64,000 nucleotides of DNA from Mobula hypostoma (GCF_963921235.1 NC_086097.1:216134001-216198000), one strand, 5' to 3'; shown: positions 35,850 through 49,579, counted from the first letter of the stretch. Translations and numbers: made by a program. Notes: generated by a model from the sequence alone, not told the origin.

Positions 35850-38270
35850 GACAGCCAGGAATGGTAAAGGGTGTAGGCAGACCACACATGGTAACCCTGC
35901 AGGCTTTACCCTTAGTATTAGATATACGTATTTGGATACTGACTCTTGGGGCAATGACCTTTCAGAGGGTAGTAGCAGCAGCTAGGAGGCAGGGATTCAG
36001 GTTTTTGGATCACACTGGATCTTTTCTGAGGCCGAGGAGACCTACAAAAAGGACCTGAACTGGAGGGGGACAAATATCCTGGGAGGAAGATTTGCAGGTA
36101 CTTCTTGGGAGGGTTTAAACTGAATTGGCAGGGATTATGTTCTTGAGTAGAAATGAGGCAGCAGAGTAGCTGAGGACAAATACCTTAGTCAATGAGATCA
36201 AGTTTGAGGACCTTGGGGATGAGAGAAGGAGAATCTACAATCAATGAATCTGATTCTGAACCAGAGGGCTTTCTGAATAATGGGATATGGAATATCAGAG
36301 TTTTATTATACCAGTCGACCTACATAATCTGTTTGAAAATGTGGTTAACATTGCAACGCAGCATAAGAAATAAAATGGACGATTTTGAAATTCAGCTACA
36401 GATTGGCAAGTATGACATTGTGGCCATCTCTGAAACTTGGCTAAAGGATGGCTGCCATTGGGAGTTGAACGTCCAAGGATATACAGTGTATCGGAAAGAT
36501 AGGTTAGTAGGCAGAGGGGGTGGCGTGGCCCTATGTATAAGAAATAATATTATATCACTAATATGGGATGACATAGGACTGGAAGGTGTAGAGTCTCTAT
36601 GGGTTGAGTTAAGAAGTGGTAAGTGTAAAAGGACCCTAATGGCAGTTGTATACAGGCCTCCAAACAGCAGCCGGGATGTGGATTACAAATTACAACAGGA
36701 GATAGAAAAGGCATGTCAGAAGGGCAATGTCAATGATAATTGTTGGGGATTTTACCATGAAAGTGGATTAGGCAAACCAGGCCAGTTCTTGACCTCAAGG
36801 GAGAGAATTTGTAGAATGTCTAAGGGATGGCTTTTCAGAATAGCTTATTGCTGAGCCAACTAGGGGATCGGCTGTGCTGGACTGGTTGCTGTGCAATGAT
36901 CCGGAGGTGATAAGAGAGCTTAAGGTTAAGGAACTTTTAGGAAACAGAGATCACAAAATGATCACGCTCACTTTGAAATGTGAGAAGCAGAAACTAAATT
37001 CCGATGTGTTGGAACTTCAGTGAAACAGAGGAAATTACAATGGCATGAGAGGGAAACTGGCCAAAGTTGACTGAAAAGGGACACTAGCAGGAAGGACAGC
37101 AGAGCAGCAATGGCTGGAGCTTCTGTGAAAAAAGAGGGAAGTGCAAGACAGATATATTCCAAATAGAAGAAATTTTCGAATGGAGGGACACTGTCATGGC
37201 TGACAAGTGAAGTCAGAGCCAAAGCAAAAGCAAAAGCAAAAGAGAGGGCATACAAGGAAGCCAGAGCTAGTAAGAAGATAGAGGATTGCTTTTAAAAACT
37301 TGTAAAAGGAAACTAAGAAGGTCATTAGGAAGGAAAAGATGAATTACAAAAGGAAGCTGGCTGCGATTATAATCAAAGATATTAAAAGCTTTTTTAAGTA
37401 TATAAAGGGTAAAAGAGAGTTGAGGGTAGATATAGGACCAATAGAAAATGACGATGGAGACATCGTAATGAGAGATGCAGAGATGGCAGAGGAACTGAAT
37501 GCGTACTTTGCATCAGTCTTCACAGTGGAACACATCTGCGGTATACCGGACATTCAAGAGTGTCAGGGCAGTGAAGTATGTGCACTGCAAATTACAACTG
37601 AGAAGGTGCTCAGGAAGCTTAATGGTCTGAGGGTGAATAAATCTCCTGGACCTGATAGAAAGCACCCTTGGGTTCTGAAGGAAGTAGCTGGAGAGATTGC
37701 AGAGGCATTAACAATGATATTTCAAGAATCGATAGATTCTGGCATTGTACTGGATGACTGGAAAATTGCAAATGTTACTCCGCTATTTAAGAAGAGTGGG
37801 AGGTAGCAGAAAGGAAACTAAATGAATTTCTGGCAGCTCTTGGGCTGTATTCCCTGGAGTTCGGGAGAATGAGGGGGAATCTCATAGAAACATTCCGAAT
37901 GTTAAAAGGCCTGAACAGATTAGATATGGCAAAGTTATTTTCGACAGTAGGGGAGTCTAGGACAAGAGGGCATGACTTCGGGATTGAAAGACGTCCATTT
38001 AGAACACAAATGCGGAGAAATTACTTTTGTCAGAGGGTGGTAAATCTGTGGATTTTGTTGCCACGAGCAGCTGTGGAAGGCAAGTCATTGGGTGTATTTA
38101 AGGCAGAGATAGATAGGTTCTTGATTTGCCATGGTATCAAAGGATATGGAGAGAAGGCAAGGGAGTGGGGATGACTGGAAAAGTTGGATGAGCCCATGAC
38201 TGAATTGTGGAGCAGACTTGATGGATGAATGGCCTACTTCTGCTCCTATATCTTATGGTCTTGTGGTCTT
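35850..38270 (+). mobile_element. CR1 composite: esterase remnant, APE endonuclease + tether, RT core deleted, 3' end
   Basis: QGFRFLDH (esterase); YDIVAISETWL...GGGVALCI...VVYRPPN (ORF 36192); ORF 37339-37806; a jump at ~37820 to ORF 37869-38174; (cttatggt)-type tail. Confidence 0.88.
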
Positions 38271-38467
38271 ATAATTCTTTTACCTCTACAATCCATTGGC
38301 AGATCCATCTTGTCAAACCTCCACAATCTGCTGATTGGAGGATCCTCACTTGATTTTGTACCTTCTTTCTTCTTCCTTTTCTAGTTTGTTGGTCGTTGTC
38401 CACATGTTCAGCCATGTTCTCAAACATTAACCTACCTGCATCTCTGCTGAGGAACATCCTATGACCA

Positions 38468-39042
38468 AAAGAGCATAAGACATAGGAGAAGAATTAGGCC
38501 ATTCAGCCCATTGAGTCTGCTCTGTCATTCTACCGTGGCTGATTTATTACTCCTCTCAACTCTATTCTCCTGCCTTCCCCCATAACCTTTGACGTCCTGA
38601 CTAATCAAGAACCTATCATTCTCTGCCTTAGCCTGCACAGCCATCAGGGGCAATGAATTCCACAGATTCAATACGCTCTGGCTGAAGAAATCTTTCCTCA
38701 TCTCTGTTCTAAATGGATATCCCTCTATCCTGAGGCTGTGCTCTCAGATCCAAGACTCTCCCACTATAGAAACATCCATTTTTATGTAGACCTTTCAATA
38801 TTCAATAGGTTTCAATGAGATTCCTCATCGTTCTTCTAAACTCCAGACTGTACAGGCCCAGAGCCATCAAACATTCCTCATATGTTAACCCTTTCATTCC
38901 TGGGATCATTCTCGTGGACATCTTCTGGATGCTCTACAAGGCCAGCACATCTTTTTGTGGATAAGTAGCCCAATACTTAAACAGCAGTTTGACTAATATC
39001 TTACTAAGCTTCAGCACGACATCCTTGATTTGGTACTCCAGT
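38468..39042 (-). mobile_element. CR1 3' fragment
   Basis: Tail cataagacatagg at ~38474 and reverse-complement CR1 C-terminal DNA. Confidence 0.8.
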
Positions 39043-39199
39043 GGACAGGGTGTGTAGGGTGGTCCTGTACATTAGAATAAACAATATACTGTATACTGAG
39101 ACAAATAAACAAAAGTCGTTATTATGTCTCCTTTATGGAAGGCAGCAAAGTACCAATTAAACAGCAGCAGGCTGGGTACGACAAAGTCATGTTCAGTCA

Positions 39200-42100
39200 T
39201 TCAAGAAGGGAACCAGAGTTAATCCTGGAAACTATAGACTGCTTGGTCTCATGTCAGTGGCTGGAAGTTATTGGAGAGAATTCTTAGGGATAGGATTAAT
39301 GAGCATTTGGAAACCATGGCCTAATAAGGGAGAGCCAGTATGACTTTATAGCGGGACAAGTCATGCCTTACCAACATGATTGAGTTTTTTGACGAGGTGA
39401 TGAGGATGATTGATGAAGGTAGGGCTGTGGATGTTGTCTACATGGAATTTAGTAAGACGTTTGACAAGTTCCCTTAAGGGAGGCTCATGCAGAAGATTAA
39501 ATGCATGGTGAATCGGCCATTTGGATTCAGATCTGGCTTGCCCATAGAAGACAGAGGGTAGTGGTTGAAAGGACTTATTCTATCTGGAAGTCTGTAATTG
39601 GTGGTGTTCCTGAGATCTGTACTGAGACCTGTGCTGTTTGTGATGTATATAAATGACCTGGATGAAAATGTAGAAGGGTGTGTTAGTAAGTTTGCAGATG
39701 ATATGAAGATTAATGATATTATGGGTAGCACAGCAGACCAGCAAAGACCACAAAGAGATATAGATCAGTTGCAGACGTGGTGAAGAAATGGCCGATGGTG
39801 CTTAACCCGACCAAAGGTGAAGTGTTGCACATTGGAAGCTCAAATGTAAAGGGGCAGGCAAGACCTTGAACATCGTTGATGAGCAGAGAGATCTTGGGGT
39901 CCAAGTTTACAACTTACTGAAGTGGCTACACAGGTTGATAGGATGGCAAAGGTTACATATGGCATGCTTGCCTTAATTAGTTAAAAGTCAGGAATTTATG
40001 TCACAGCTTTATAAAACTCTAGTTAGGCCACACCTGGAATATTGCTTAGAGTTCTGGTTGCCCCCATCATAGGAAGGATGTTAAGGCTTTGAAGAAGGTG
40101 CATAGGAGATTTACCAGGGTGCTGCCTGACTTAGAGGGCATCTGCATTACTGAGAAGTTAGATAACTTGGGTTGTTTTTTCTAGAGCAGCAGAGACTGAG
40201 GGGAGATCTGATACATCTGATCTGGAAAATGAAGTTGGGCCAGTAATAATGGGGGCAAGGACATGGTGAATGAACTAAATAAGTATTTTCCATCCATCTT
40301 CTCTGTGGAAGACACTATCAGTATGCTGGAAGTTCAACAGCGTCAGGGAGTAGAAGTGAGTGCAATTCCTATACTAGGGAGAAGGTGCTTGGGAGGCTGA
40401 AAGGTCTGAAGGTAGATAATTCACCTGGACCAGATGAACTACACACCAGGGTTCTGAAAGAGGTGGCTGAAGAGATTGTGGAGGCATTAGTAATAATCTT
40501 TCAAGAATCACTAGATTCTGGAATGATTCCAGAATTGCAAATGTCACTCCGCTCTTCAAGAATGGAGAGAGGCAGAAGAAAGGAAATTATAGGCCAGTTA
40601 GTTTGACGTCCGTGGTTGGGAAGATGTTGGTTTCAAAGTACTCGGATGCACATGATAAAATAGGCTGTAGTCAGCATGGATTTCTCAAGGGACAATCTTG
40701 CCTGACAAATCTGATGAAATTCTTCGAGGAAATAACAAGCAGGATAGACAAAGGAGAATCAATGGATGTTGTGTACTTAGATTCTCGGAAAGACTTTGAC
40801 AAGGTACTGCACATGAGGCTGCTTAACTAGAGCCCATGGTATTACAGAAAAGATACCAGCATGGATAAAGGATTGACTGATCGGTAGGAGGCAAAGTGTG
40901 AGAATAAAGGGGCCTGTCTGGTTGGTTGCTGGTGGCTAGTGGAGTTCGGCAGGGGTTGGTGTTGAAACCATTTCTTTTTACGTCATATGTCAGTGATTTG
41001 GAGAATGGAATTGATGGCTTTGTGGCCAAATTTGCAGATGATACACCGATAGGTGGAGGGACAGGTAGTGTTGAAGAAGTAGAGAGGCCGCAGAAAGACT
41101 TAGATGGATTATGAGAATGGGCAAAGAAGTAGCAGATAGAGTACTGTGTTAGGAAGTATATGGTCATGCACTTTGGTAGAAAGAACAAAAGTGTAGACTA
41201 CTTTCTAAATGAGCAGATATTAAAAAACCCAAGGTGCAAAATGACTTGGGAGTCTTCGTGCAGGATTCCCTAAAGGTTAATTTGCAACTTGAGTCGGTAG
41301 TGAGGAAGGCAAATGTAATGTTAGCATTCATTTTGAGAGGACTAGAATTAAGAGCAAGCATGTAATGTTGAGTCTTTATAAGGCACCGATGAGGCCTCAC
41401 TTAGAGTATCGTGAGCAGTTTTGGGCACCTTTTCTAAGAAAGGATGTGCTGACATTGGAGACAGTTTGGTGGAAGTTCACAGGAATAATTCTAGGAATGA
41501 AGCCCAGCTTTCGGCCTGTACTCGCTGGAACTTAGAAGAATGGGGGGAGATCTGAGTGAAACTTATCAAATGTTGAAAGGCCTAGATAAAGTGCATGTGG
41601 AGAGAATGTTTCCTATAGTGGAGGAGTGGAGGACGAGAGGCACAGCCTCAAAATAGAGGAATGTCCACTTAGAATAGAGATGAGGAGGATTTTTTTTTGC
41701 CAGAGGGTGGTGAATTTGTGGAATTCATTGTCACTGGTGGCTCTGGAGTTCAGGTCACTGGGTAGAGGGTGATACATTTTTGGTTAGTCAGGGTGTGAAA
41801 GGTTACAGAGAGAAGGCAGGAGAATGGGACTGAGAAGGAAAATGGATTATCCCTGATGTGGCAGAGCAGGCTCGATGGTCTAATTCTGCTCCTATATTTC
41901 ATGATCTTATGATAGAGGTTTATAAGATTATGAGAGGCATAGATAGAGTAGACTAATAGATTCTTTTTTCCCAGTGTTGAAATATCTAATACCGAAGGCC
42001 ATGCATTTAAGATGGATTCAAAGGGGATGGGAGGGGAAAGTTTTTTTTACATGGCGAGTGGTGAGTGCCTGGAGTGCACTGCCTGGAGTGGTTGTAGAGG

Positions 42101-42258
42101 CAGGTACATCAGGGACTTCTCAGAAGCATTTGGAAAGGCACAAGAATGTGAGAAAAATGGGAGTATGTAGACATTTTGTAGGCAGAAGAGATTAATTTAG
42201 TTGGCCATTAATACCAATTAAAAGGGCCTGTTCCTGTTCTATATTCTATGTTCTATGC
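39200..42258 (+). mobile_element. Older CR1 RT/3' fragment (39200-40214 and 41911-42258) hosting a nested CR1
   Basis: SKFADDMKI (ORF 39598). The host sequence ggagatctgata|gaggtttataagattatg is contiguous across the insert. Tail ttctatattctatgttctatg. Confidence 0.85.
40218..41910 (+). mobile_element. Nested CR1 (tether, RT, 3' UTR), degenerate
   Basis: ORFs 40385, 40603 and 40926 (VAKFADDTPIGG). It has its own 3' UTR ending catgatcttatg. Confidence 0.85.
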
Positions 42259-42429
42259 CATGCTGTGCACTCAGTTGTAAAAGATATATTTGTACAACAT
42301 TCTTTCGCACAGGCTTGTAAGAAAGCAGATTTCAGTAGTGAGTACTTCCTTCTATTCATTCATTCCTTTCATGTCTCAATGCTCTTGCCTTGTCTACACT
42401 ACACACAGGCCTCATGTTAAATGTGGATC

Positions 42430-42825
42430 TGCACAATTATCATTGTATGGATAATACTCAAGCACCGCCCAGCAACCCACCTATTTACCCCTCACCCAGT
42501 CACAAGGTAATTTACAATGACTAATTAACCTAACGGTCTCGGCCCAAAACATTGACTGTTTGCTCTTTTCCATAGATGCTGCCTGGCTTACTGAGTTTCT
42601 CCAGCACTTTGTGTGTGTAGCTTGGATTTCCAGCATCTGCTGATTTGCTTTTGTTTGTGAACCTACTAACCTGTACATATTTGGAAAGTGTGAGGTAACC
42701 AGAGCACCTGGACGAAACCCACATGTTCACAGGAAGGCTGTCCAATTCCTCACAGAGGGCGTGGGAATTGAACTTTAAACTCCGACATCCAGAGTTGTAA
42801 TAACGTCCGGCTAACCATTATGCAG
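42430..42825 (-). mobile_element. V-SINE/HE1-like SINE interrupted by a PLE terminal fragment (~42534-42659, plus strand)
   Basis: ccagagcacctggacgaaacccacatg (reverse-complement V-domain core) and a tRNA-like head near 42760-42825. The PLE piece reads ggtctcggcccaaaacattgactg...ccagcatctgc. Confidence 0.65.
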
Positions 42826-43038
42826 AGTGCATGTATTTTAGTGCATTGCAGTGAAATGCAATTTGTGTTTGAGCCTACACATTATTATTTCCCCCAGATT
42901 TAACAATCCCTACTTGCATCAAAACACTTCTCCTCCACTATCTTAAAATTCCTCGCACAAACTTCACCCTCAGAGATTTTACTTGGCTTTTGTTTGAATA
43001 TCAAGCTATCCATTAGCTTGGAATTTTACTTTACAGCA

Positions 43039-46000
43039 TAAGACCATAAGACTATAAGACAAAGGAGCAGAAGTTGGCCATTTGGCCCATCGAGTCTGCT
43101 CCGCCATTTTATCATGAGCTGATCCATTCTCCCATTTAGTCCCACTCCGCCGCCTTCTCACCATAACCTTTGATGCCCAGGCTACTCAGATACATATCAA
43201 TCTCTGCCTTAAATACACCCAATGACTTGGCCTCCACTGCTGCCCGTGGCAACAAATTCCATAGATTCACCACCCTCTGACTAAAAAAGTTTCTTCACAT
43301 TTCTTTTCTGAATGGGCACCCTTCAATCCTTAAGTCATGCCCTCTCGTACTAGACTCCCCCATCACGGGAAACAATTTTGCCACATCCAATCTGTCCATG
43401 CCTTTCAACATTCGAAATGTTTCTATGAGGTCTCCCCTCATTCTTCTAAACCCCAAGGAATACAGTCCAAGAGCGGACAAACATTCCTCATATGTTAAGC
43501 CTCTCATTCCCGGAATCATTTTAGTGAATCTTCTCCATACCCTCTCCAATGTCAGCACATCCTTTCTTAAATAAGGAGACCAAAACTGCCCACAGTACTC
43601 CAAGTGAGGTCTCACCAGTGCCTTATAGAGCCTCAACATCGTATCCCTGCTCCTATACTCTATTCCTCTAGAAATGAATGCTAACATTGCATTCGACTTC
43701 TTCACTACCGACTCAACCTGGAGGTTAACCTTAAGGGTATCCTGTACGAGGACTCCAAGTCCCGTTGCATCTCAGAACTTTGAATTCTTTCCCCATTTAA
43801 ATAATAGTCTTCCCGTTTATTTTTTCTGCCAAAGTGCATAACCATACACTTTCCAACATTGTACTTCATTTGCCACTTCTCTGCCCATTCTTCCAATCTA
43901 TCCAAGTCTCTCTGCAGACTCTCCGTTTCCTCAGCACTACCGGCCCCTCCACCTATCTTTGTATTGTCAGCAAACTTAGCCACAAAGCCATCTATTCCAT
44001 AATCCAAATCGTTGATGTACGATGTAAAAAGAAGCGACCCTAACACGGACCCCTGTGGAACACCACTGGTAACCGGCAGCCAACCAGAATGGGATCCCTT
44101 TATTCCCACTCTCTGTTTTCTGCCAATCAGCCAACGCTCTATCCACGTATGTAACTTTCCCGTAATTCCATGGGCTCTTATCTTGTTAAGTAGCCTCATG
44201 TGTGGCACCTTGTCAAAGGCCTTCTGAAAATCCAAATATACAACATCCACTGCATCTCCCTTGTCTAGCCTACTGGTAATTTCCTCAAAAAATTGTAATA
44301 GGTTTGTCAGGCAGGATTTTCCTTTAAGGAATCCATGCTGAGTTCTGCCTATCTTGTCTTATGTCTCCAGGTACTCTGTAACCTCATCCTTGACAATCGA
44401 CTCCAATAACTTCCCAACCACCGATGTCAAGCTAACAGGTCTATAATTTCCTTTTTGCTTCCTTGCCCCCTTCTTAAATAGCGGAGTGACATTTGCAATC
44501 TTCCAGTCCTCCGGAACTATGCCAGAATCTATCGACTTTTGAAAGATCATCACTAATGCCTCCACAATCTCCACAGCTACTTCCTTCAGAACACGAGGGT
44601 GCATTCCATCTGGTCCGGGAGATTTATCTACCCTTAGACTATTCAGCTTCCAGAGTACGTTCTCTGTCGTAATTGTGACTGCGCACACTTCTGTTCCCTG
44701 CCACCCTTGTGTGTCCAGTATACTGCTGATGTCTTCCTCTGTGAAGACTGATGCAAAATACTCATTCAGTTCCTCCGCCATCTCCTTATCTCCCATTACA
44801 ATTTCTCCAGCATCATTTTCTATCAGTCCTATATCTACTCTCACCTGTCTTTTACTCTTTATATAGCTGAAAAAGCTTTTAGTATCCTCTTTGATATTAC
44901 TTGCTAGCTTCCTTTCATAGTTAATCTTTTCCCTCTTAATGACCTTCTTAGTTTCCTTTTGTAAGCTTTTAAAAACTTCCCACTCCTCTGACTTCCTACT
45001 AATTTTTGCTTCTTTGTATGCCCTCTCCTTTGCTTTAACTTTGGCTTTGACTTCCCTTGTCAACCACGGTTGCATCCTTTCTCCATTCGAAAATTTCTTC
45101 TTTTTTGGAATATACCTGTCTTGCACCTTCCTCACTTCTTGCATAAACTCCAGCCACTGCTGCTCTGCCGTCCTTCCTGCCAGTGTCCCTTTCCAGTCAA
45201 CTTTGGCCAGTTCCTCTCTCATGCCACTGTAATTTCCTTTACTCCACTGAAACACCGACACATCGGATTTCGGCTTCTCTTTTTCAAATTTCACATTGAA
45301 CTCAGTCACGTTATGATCACTGCCTCCTAAGGGTTCCTTCACCTCAATCTCTCTAATCACCTCTGGTTCATTACACAATACCCAATCCAGTACAGCCGAC
45401 CCCCTAGTGGGCTCAACAACAAGCTTTTCTAAAAAGCCATCTTGCAGACATTCTACAAATTCTCTCTCTTGAGATCCAGTGCCGACCTGATTTTCCCAAT
45501 CCACTCGCATGTTAAAATCCCCCACAATTATCATAACACTGCCCTTCTGACAAGCCTGTCCTATTTCCTGTTGTAATTTGTAGTCCACATCACTGCAGCT
45601 GTTTGGAGGCCTATAAATAACTGCCATCAGGGTCCTTTTACCCCTGCGATTTCTTAGCTCAACTCATAAAGATTTTGCACCTTCCAATCCTATATCACCT
45701 CTTTCTAATGATTTAATATCATTTCTTACCAATAAAGCCACGCCTCCCCCTCTGCCTACCTTCCTATCCTTCCGATACACCGTGTATCCTTGGACGTTCA
45801 GCTCCCAGAGACCTGCATCCTTTAGCCACGTCTCAGTGATGGCCACATATCATACCTGCCAATCTGTAGCTGTACGACAAGATCATCCACCTTATTTCTT
45901 ATGCTGCGTGCATTTAAGTATAACACCTTAAGACCAGTATTTAGTACTTTTTGCTTTGATTTCACTGCAACTTTATGGCTACAAATTTGCCCCATCACCT

Positions 46001-46629
46001 GCCTGTCTTTCCTGACATCTTTACTGCTCACTATCTTAGATTTACTTCTGTTTTCCCCTTCCTCCACTCTATCATTCCAGTTCCTATCCCCCTGCCAAAT
46101 AGGTTTAAACTCTCCCTAACAGCTCTATTAAACTTTCCTGCCAGGATATTGGTCCCCTTCGGGTTCAGGTGTAACCTGTCCATTTTGAACAGATCATACT
46201 TCCCCCAGAAGAGATCCCAATTATCCAAGAATCTGAAGCCCTGCCCCCTGCACCAGTCTCTCAGCCACGCATTCATCTGCCTGATCCTACTATTCTTGCC
46301 CTCGCTAGCACGTGGCAGAGGTAGCAATCCCGAGATTACTACCCTGGAGGTCCTGCTTCTCAGCTTCCTTCCTAACTCCCAGAAATCTCTCTTCAGGACC
46401 TCCTCCTTTGTCCTATCTATGTCATTGGTACCAACATGTACCAAGACAACTGGCTGCTCACCCTCCCCCTTCAGAATATTCTGGACCCGATCCGAGACAT
46501 CCGATACCCTGGCACCTGGGAGGCAACACACCATGCGGGTATCTCTATCAGGCTCACAGAATCTCCTGTCTGTTCCCCTGACTATGGAATCCTGATTATG
46601 GAATCTCCTGTCCGTTCCCCTGACTATGG
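43039..46629 (-). mobile_element. Nearly complete, fairly young CR1 LINE (ORF1 esterase + ORF2 APE-RT with a few frameshifts)
   Basis: ORFs 46031-46684 (esterase), 45822/45664 (YLNARSI, ITETWL), 44359-45627, 43705-44250 (PQGSVLG, KFADNTK) and 43295-43705. (ataagacc)n tail at 43039. Confidence 0.95.
46031..46592 (-). CDS. CR1 ORF1 SGNH/GDSL-type esterase domain (5'-truncated)
   Basis: DSIVRG...CCLPGARV...VHVGTND...DRLHLN motifs. Confidence 0.8.
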
Positions 46630-47074
46630 CATTTTTGAAATCTTGAAACAGTTTTATTTTCAAAACTTCTCGTTTAAAAGGCATTCATAATTTTAACTTC
46701 CCCAGGTACCAGTGTTTAAAATAAACATGTATAAATAATTCCAGTTGAATACAGAGTTCAGTGGATAAAATCTCTCAAAACAAGCAACTGAACTGAAGTG
46801 TGAACAGATGGTTCCCATCAGGTATTAGCACATTGAATTGAGGCATCAAAAGGTGATAACAGTAATAATTGCAGATAAAGGTGAATATTCAGTACAGTAC
46901 AGAATCAGATTTTCAGAATAATAACGGTCATGCAAATACGTCTTCTAACATTTATATCGATGGTATAGTGCCTTTCAAATAAAAAAAATGATTATGTATG
47001 CCATGTTGTAGATCCTGATATCAAGGGACAATGTTATGAAGCCCTTGAGTATCTTACTGGAAAGAAGGAAAAAC

Positions 47075-47412
47075 CTAGATTTATAAAGCTTCTCTCACAT
47101 TGTCCTTAAACAACTTGCAACCAATGAAGTATGCTTCAAATATGGACACTGGTGGGATGTAGGGGGTTGCAGATCAAGGTTCCACAATTAGCAATATGAT
47201 AATCATGAAATAACCTATTTATTGTAATTTTGGTTGAGGGATAAATGTAGACCAAGACGCCCTTCTTCAAACTGGCATTATGACACCTTTCACATTTATT
47301 TGAGAAAAAACTTCAATATTTTTTTTCAAAAGCAGTATGCCTGTCCCTAAGTCACCCACTAAAGTGTAGGCTGGACTTTGTGCCTTGAATTACTAAAGCG
47401 GGATGAGCCTAG
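47075..47412 (-). mobile_element. Ancient DeuSINE/SacSINE1-like SINE
   Basis: caaccaatgaagta...ttggttgagggataaat...cttcttcaaa...ggactttgtgcc resembles the reverse complement of the shark DeuSINE consensus (recalled, not aligned). Confidence 0.5.
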
Positions 47413-47421
47413 AATATTCTT

Positions 47422-47533
47422 AAACACAAATGATTCTGCAGATGCTGTAAATGTAGAGCAAAACGCACAAAATGCTGGAGGAACTCAGCAGGTTAGAAGC
47501 ATTGATGGAGTGGAATAAACAGTCGACATTTTG
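47422..47533 (-). mobile_element. PLE terminal fragment
   Basis: attctgcagatgctg...aatgctggaggaactcagcagg...aaacagtcgacatt, homologous to the other PLE ends. Confidence 0.75.
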
Positions 47534-47809
47534 TTCTTATTCACTGATAAAAATAAAATCAACTAAGCCGCTCATGGCACTTGCGTCTACAGCAAATGAT
47601 GTACGTTTGTATATTATGCAATTCCTTAATAACTGTGGCGCTGGCTGCATACCCCAGGAAACTTCTCAAACCAAACCAAAACTATTAGAGAGCAAGATGT
47701 TGCCAGGTTTCTCTTATTATTGGTACTACTTGTCCTACTGCAGGAACAGAATAAATGAGACAAATGGGTGCATTGATCTTCTTTCTTATTTGCAAGTTGC
47801 CCTGTCATT

Positions 47810-48234
47810 ACAGCCGTGCGGGGGAGTAAGCGTCAGAGGTGGTGTGGGAGAGAACAGAGGAACAGAGGTACAGTGGATATGCTGGAATCCATGCAGGGTT
47901 GGGGGCTGAAACCTGCAGGCACTGGTGTTGCTCTTTAGTGTTTGCTGGATTGCCTTCATCTGCAGCTGATCCAAGGCAAGATCAAGAACTGCTGTGTGCT
48001 TGTTCTCACAGAAACATGGCTCCGGGACAACGTCCCATGCATCATCAATTTTCAGGCCATGCCACTCAGGGACTTGTGCCAATATTATTTTGTGACTTTG
48101 TGTGCCATTGAAACTACATGTGCTATGTGTGACTGTATGCACTGTGTGTTTTGCACTGTGGCTGCAGAGGAACGTTGTTTTGTTTAGCTGTATGCAGGTG
48201 TATGGTTGAATGACAATTGAATTTGAACTTGAAC
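47810..48234 (+). mobile_element. Internally deleted Rex1/Babar-like element
   Basis: IKNCCVLVLTETWLRDNVP (APE N-terminus) followed within ~100 bp by a 3' UTR and a (ttgaac)n-like tail. Confidence 0.55.
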
Positions 48235-49579
48235 ATACTCTAATCCAATTAGTTAAACGAAAATGCAACTAATAGCTGGACTTTGCACCTGGAAGCCATC
48301 AAAAATCTGTCTGCGGCCTCAGTTCTGAAAGGCCGGTAGCAGTGACTACTTGTGGTTCATAGAAATAGAGAAAAACTTGTTTCGTTATGCCTACCAATAA
48401 GCCAAAGTAAGGGATAATTTGTCAATTAGGTTCCTTTCATTTACTAACTGTCTCCAAGCCTGAGCTTAATGAATCTTCACTGAGGCAACACAATGTCTGG
48501 TGTGGGTGGGGGAATTTGAAGGGATTTTATGTCCTTCTTGCATTATTTCATTGGTGTTTTCATGTTTGTCTTGCTGCAGAAACGGACATTTCACTTTCTC
48601 TCCCAGGGGATGTCAGGGAAATCACAAAGCAACGCAAAGGGCTTTGAACACAGACTTCTTGGATCTCCCTCAGCATATTTTCTTTTGTGACCCTGTTTCC
48701 AGAAAGAATCAATCTTGTTGGTGTGGACTTAAACCTAAAGAACGTTAACCTCAGTTAGTTCTTTCAGTTCCTAAAACTGTTGGAATTATAAATAAATTAT
48801 AGAATTTCATGCATTTAACATTCCCCAGGTGTGTACACCACACGTAGCTAGTGAGCATTTTTAATTAAAATCTGGAAAATGCTTGGTGCCCTCTGTAATT
48901 AACAATCCACTAATGAAATCACACTGACAGTAATAGCATTCTTGAAAGCCTGTTTGAATGATTTTATTAGCAAGTCATTAATTACAGAGAAAAATAAACA
49001 TTGTCCATTTTCTTGTTAATAGTGGAATTCATGGATGTACATTCTAGTGTACTCGCTAAAGGACAATCAGTGTTATTTACTTCTCAATCCAAATTTCAAG
49101 TTTATTTGAAATACTGGAAATACTCAGCTGGATAGAAAAGTTCAATGGGGAGAGAAAGTATTTCAGGTGAATGACCTTTCAATAATAACAGGAAAAGTCA
49201 GGAAGTTGTATAAGGGGAACACAATAATAGCATAAGTGTTGAGTTAGTACAGGGGAAAAGCAATAACAATGCAGAATGAAGAGTTACAATTAGAGAAAGT
49301 GATGTGTGGACAAGTATCAAGAGCAAGACCATGACGAGTTAGATTATGGGGTCAAGAGTCTATTGGATTATACAAATTGGGTCCCAATGCACTCTCCACT
49401 GAGTTGTGGCAATGGATTTATCCTCAATTTGAGGAACAAGATCATCTCTTTTCTTGGACCAACAGTATTTCTGGACTTGCTGATTCTTTTTATTACTTTC
49501 ACACTCCACTCTTATACTTTGCTGAAACACTGTGCTTAACTGAAAAACAAACAAAGCTCTGCTGGTGTACTAAAGTTGG

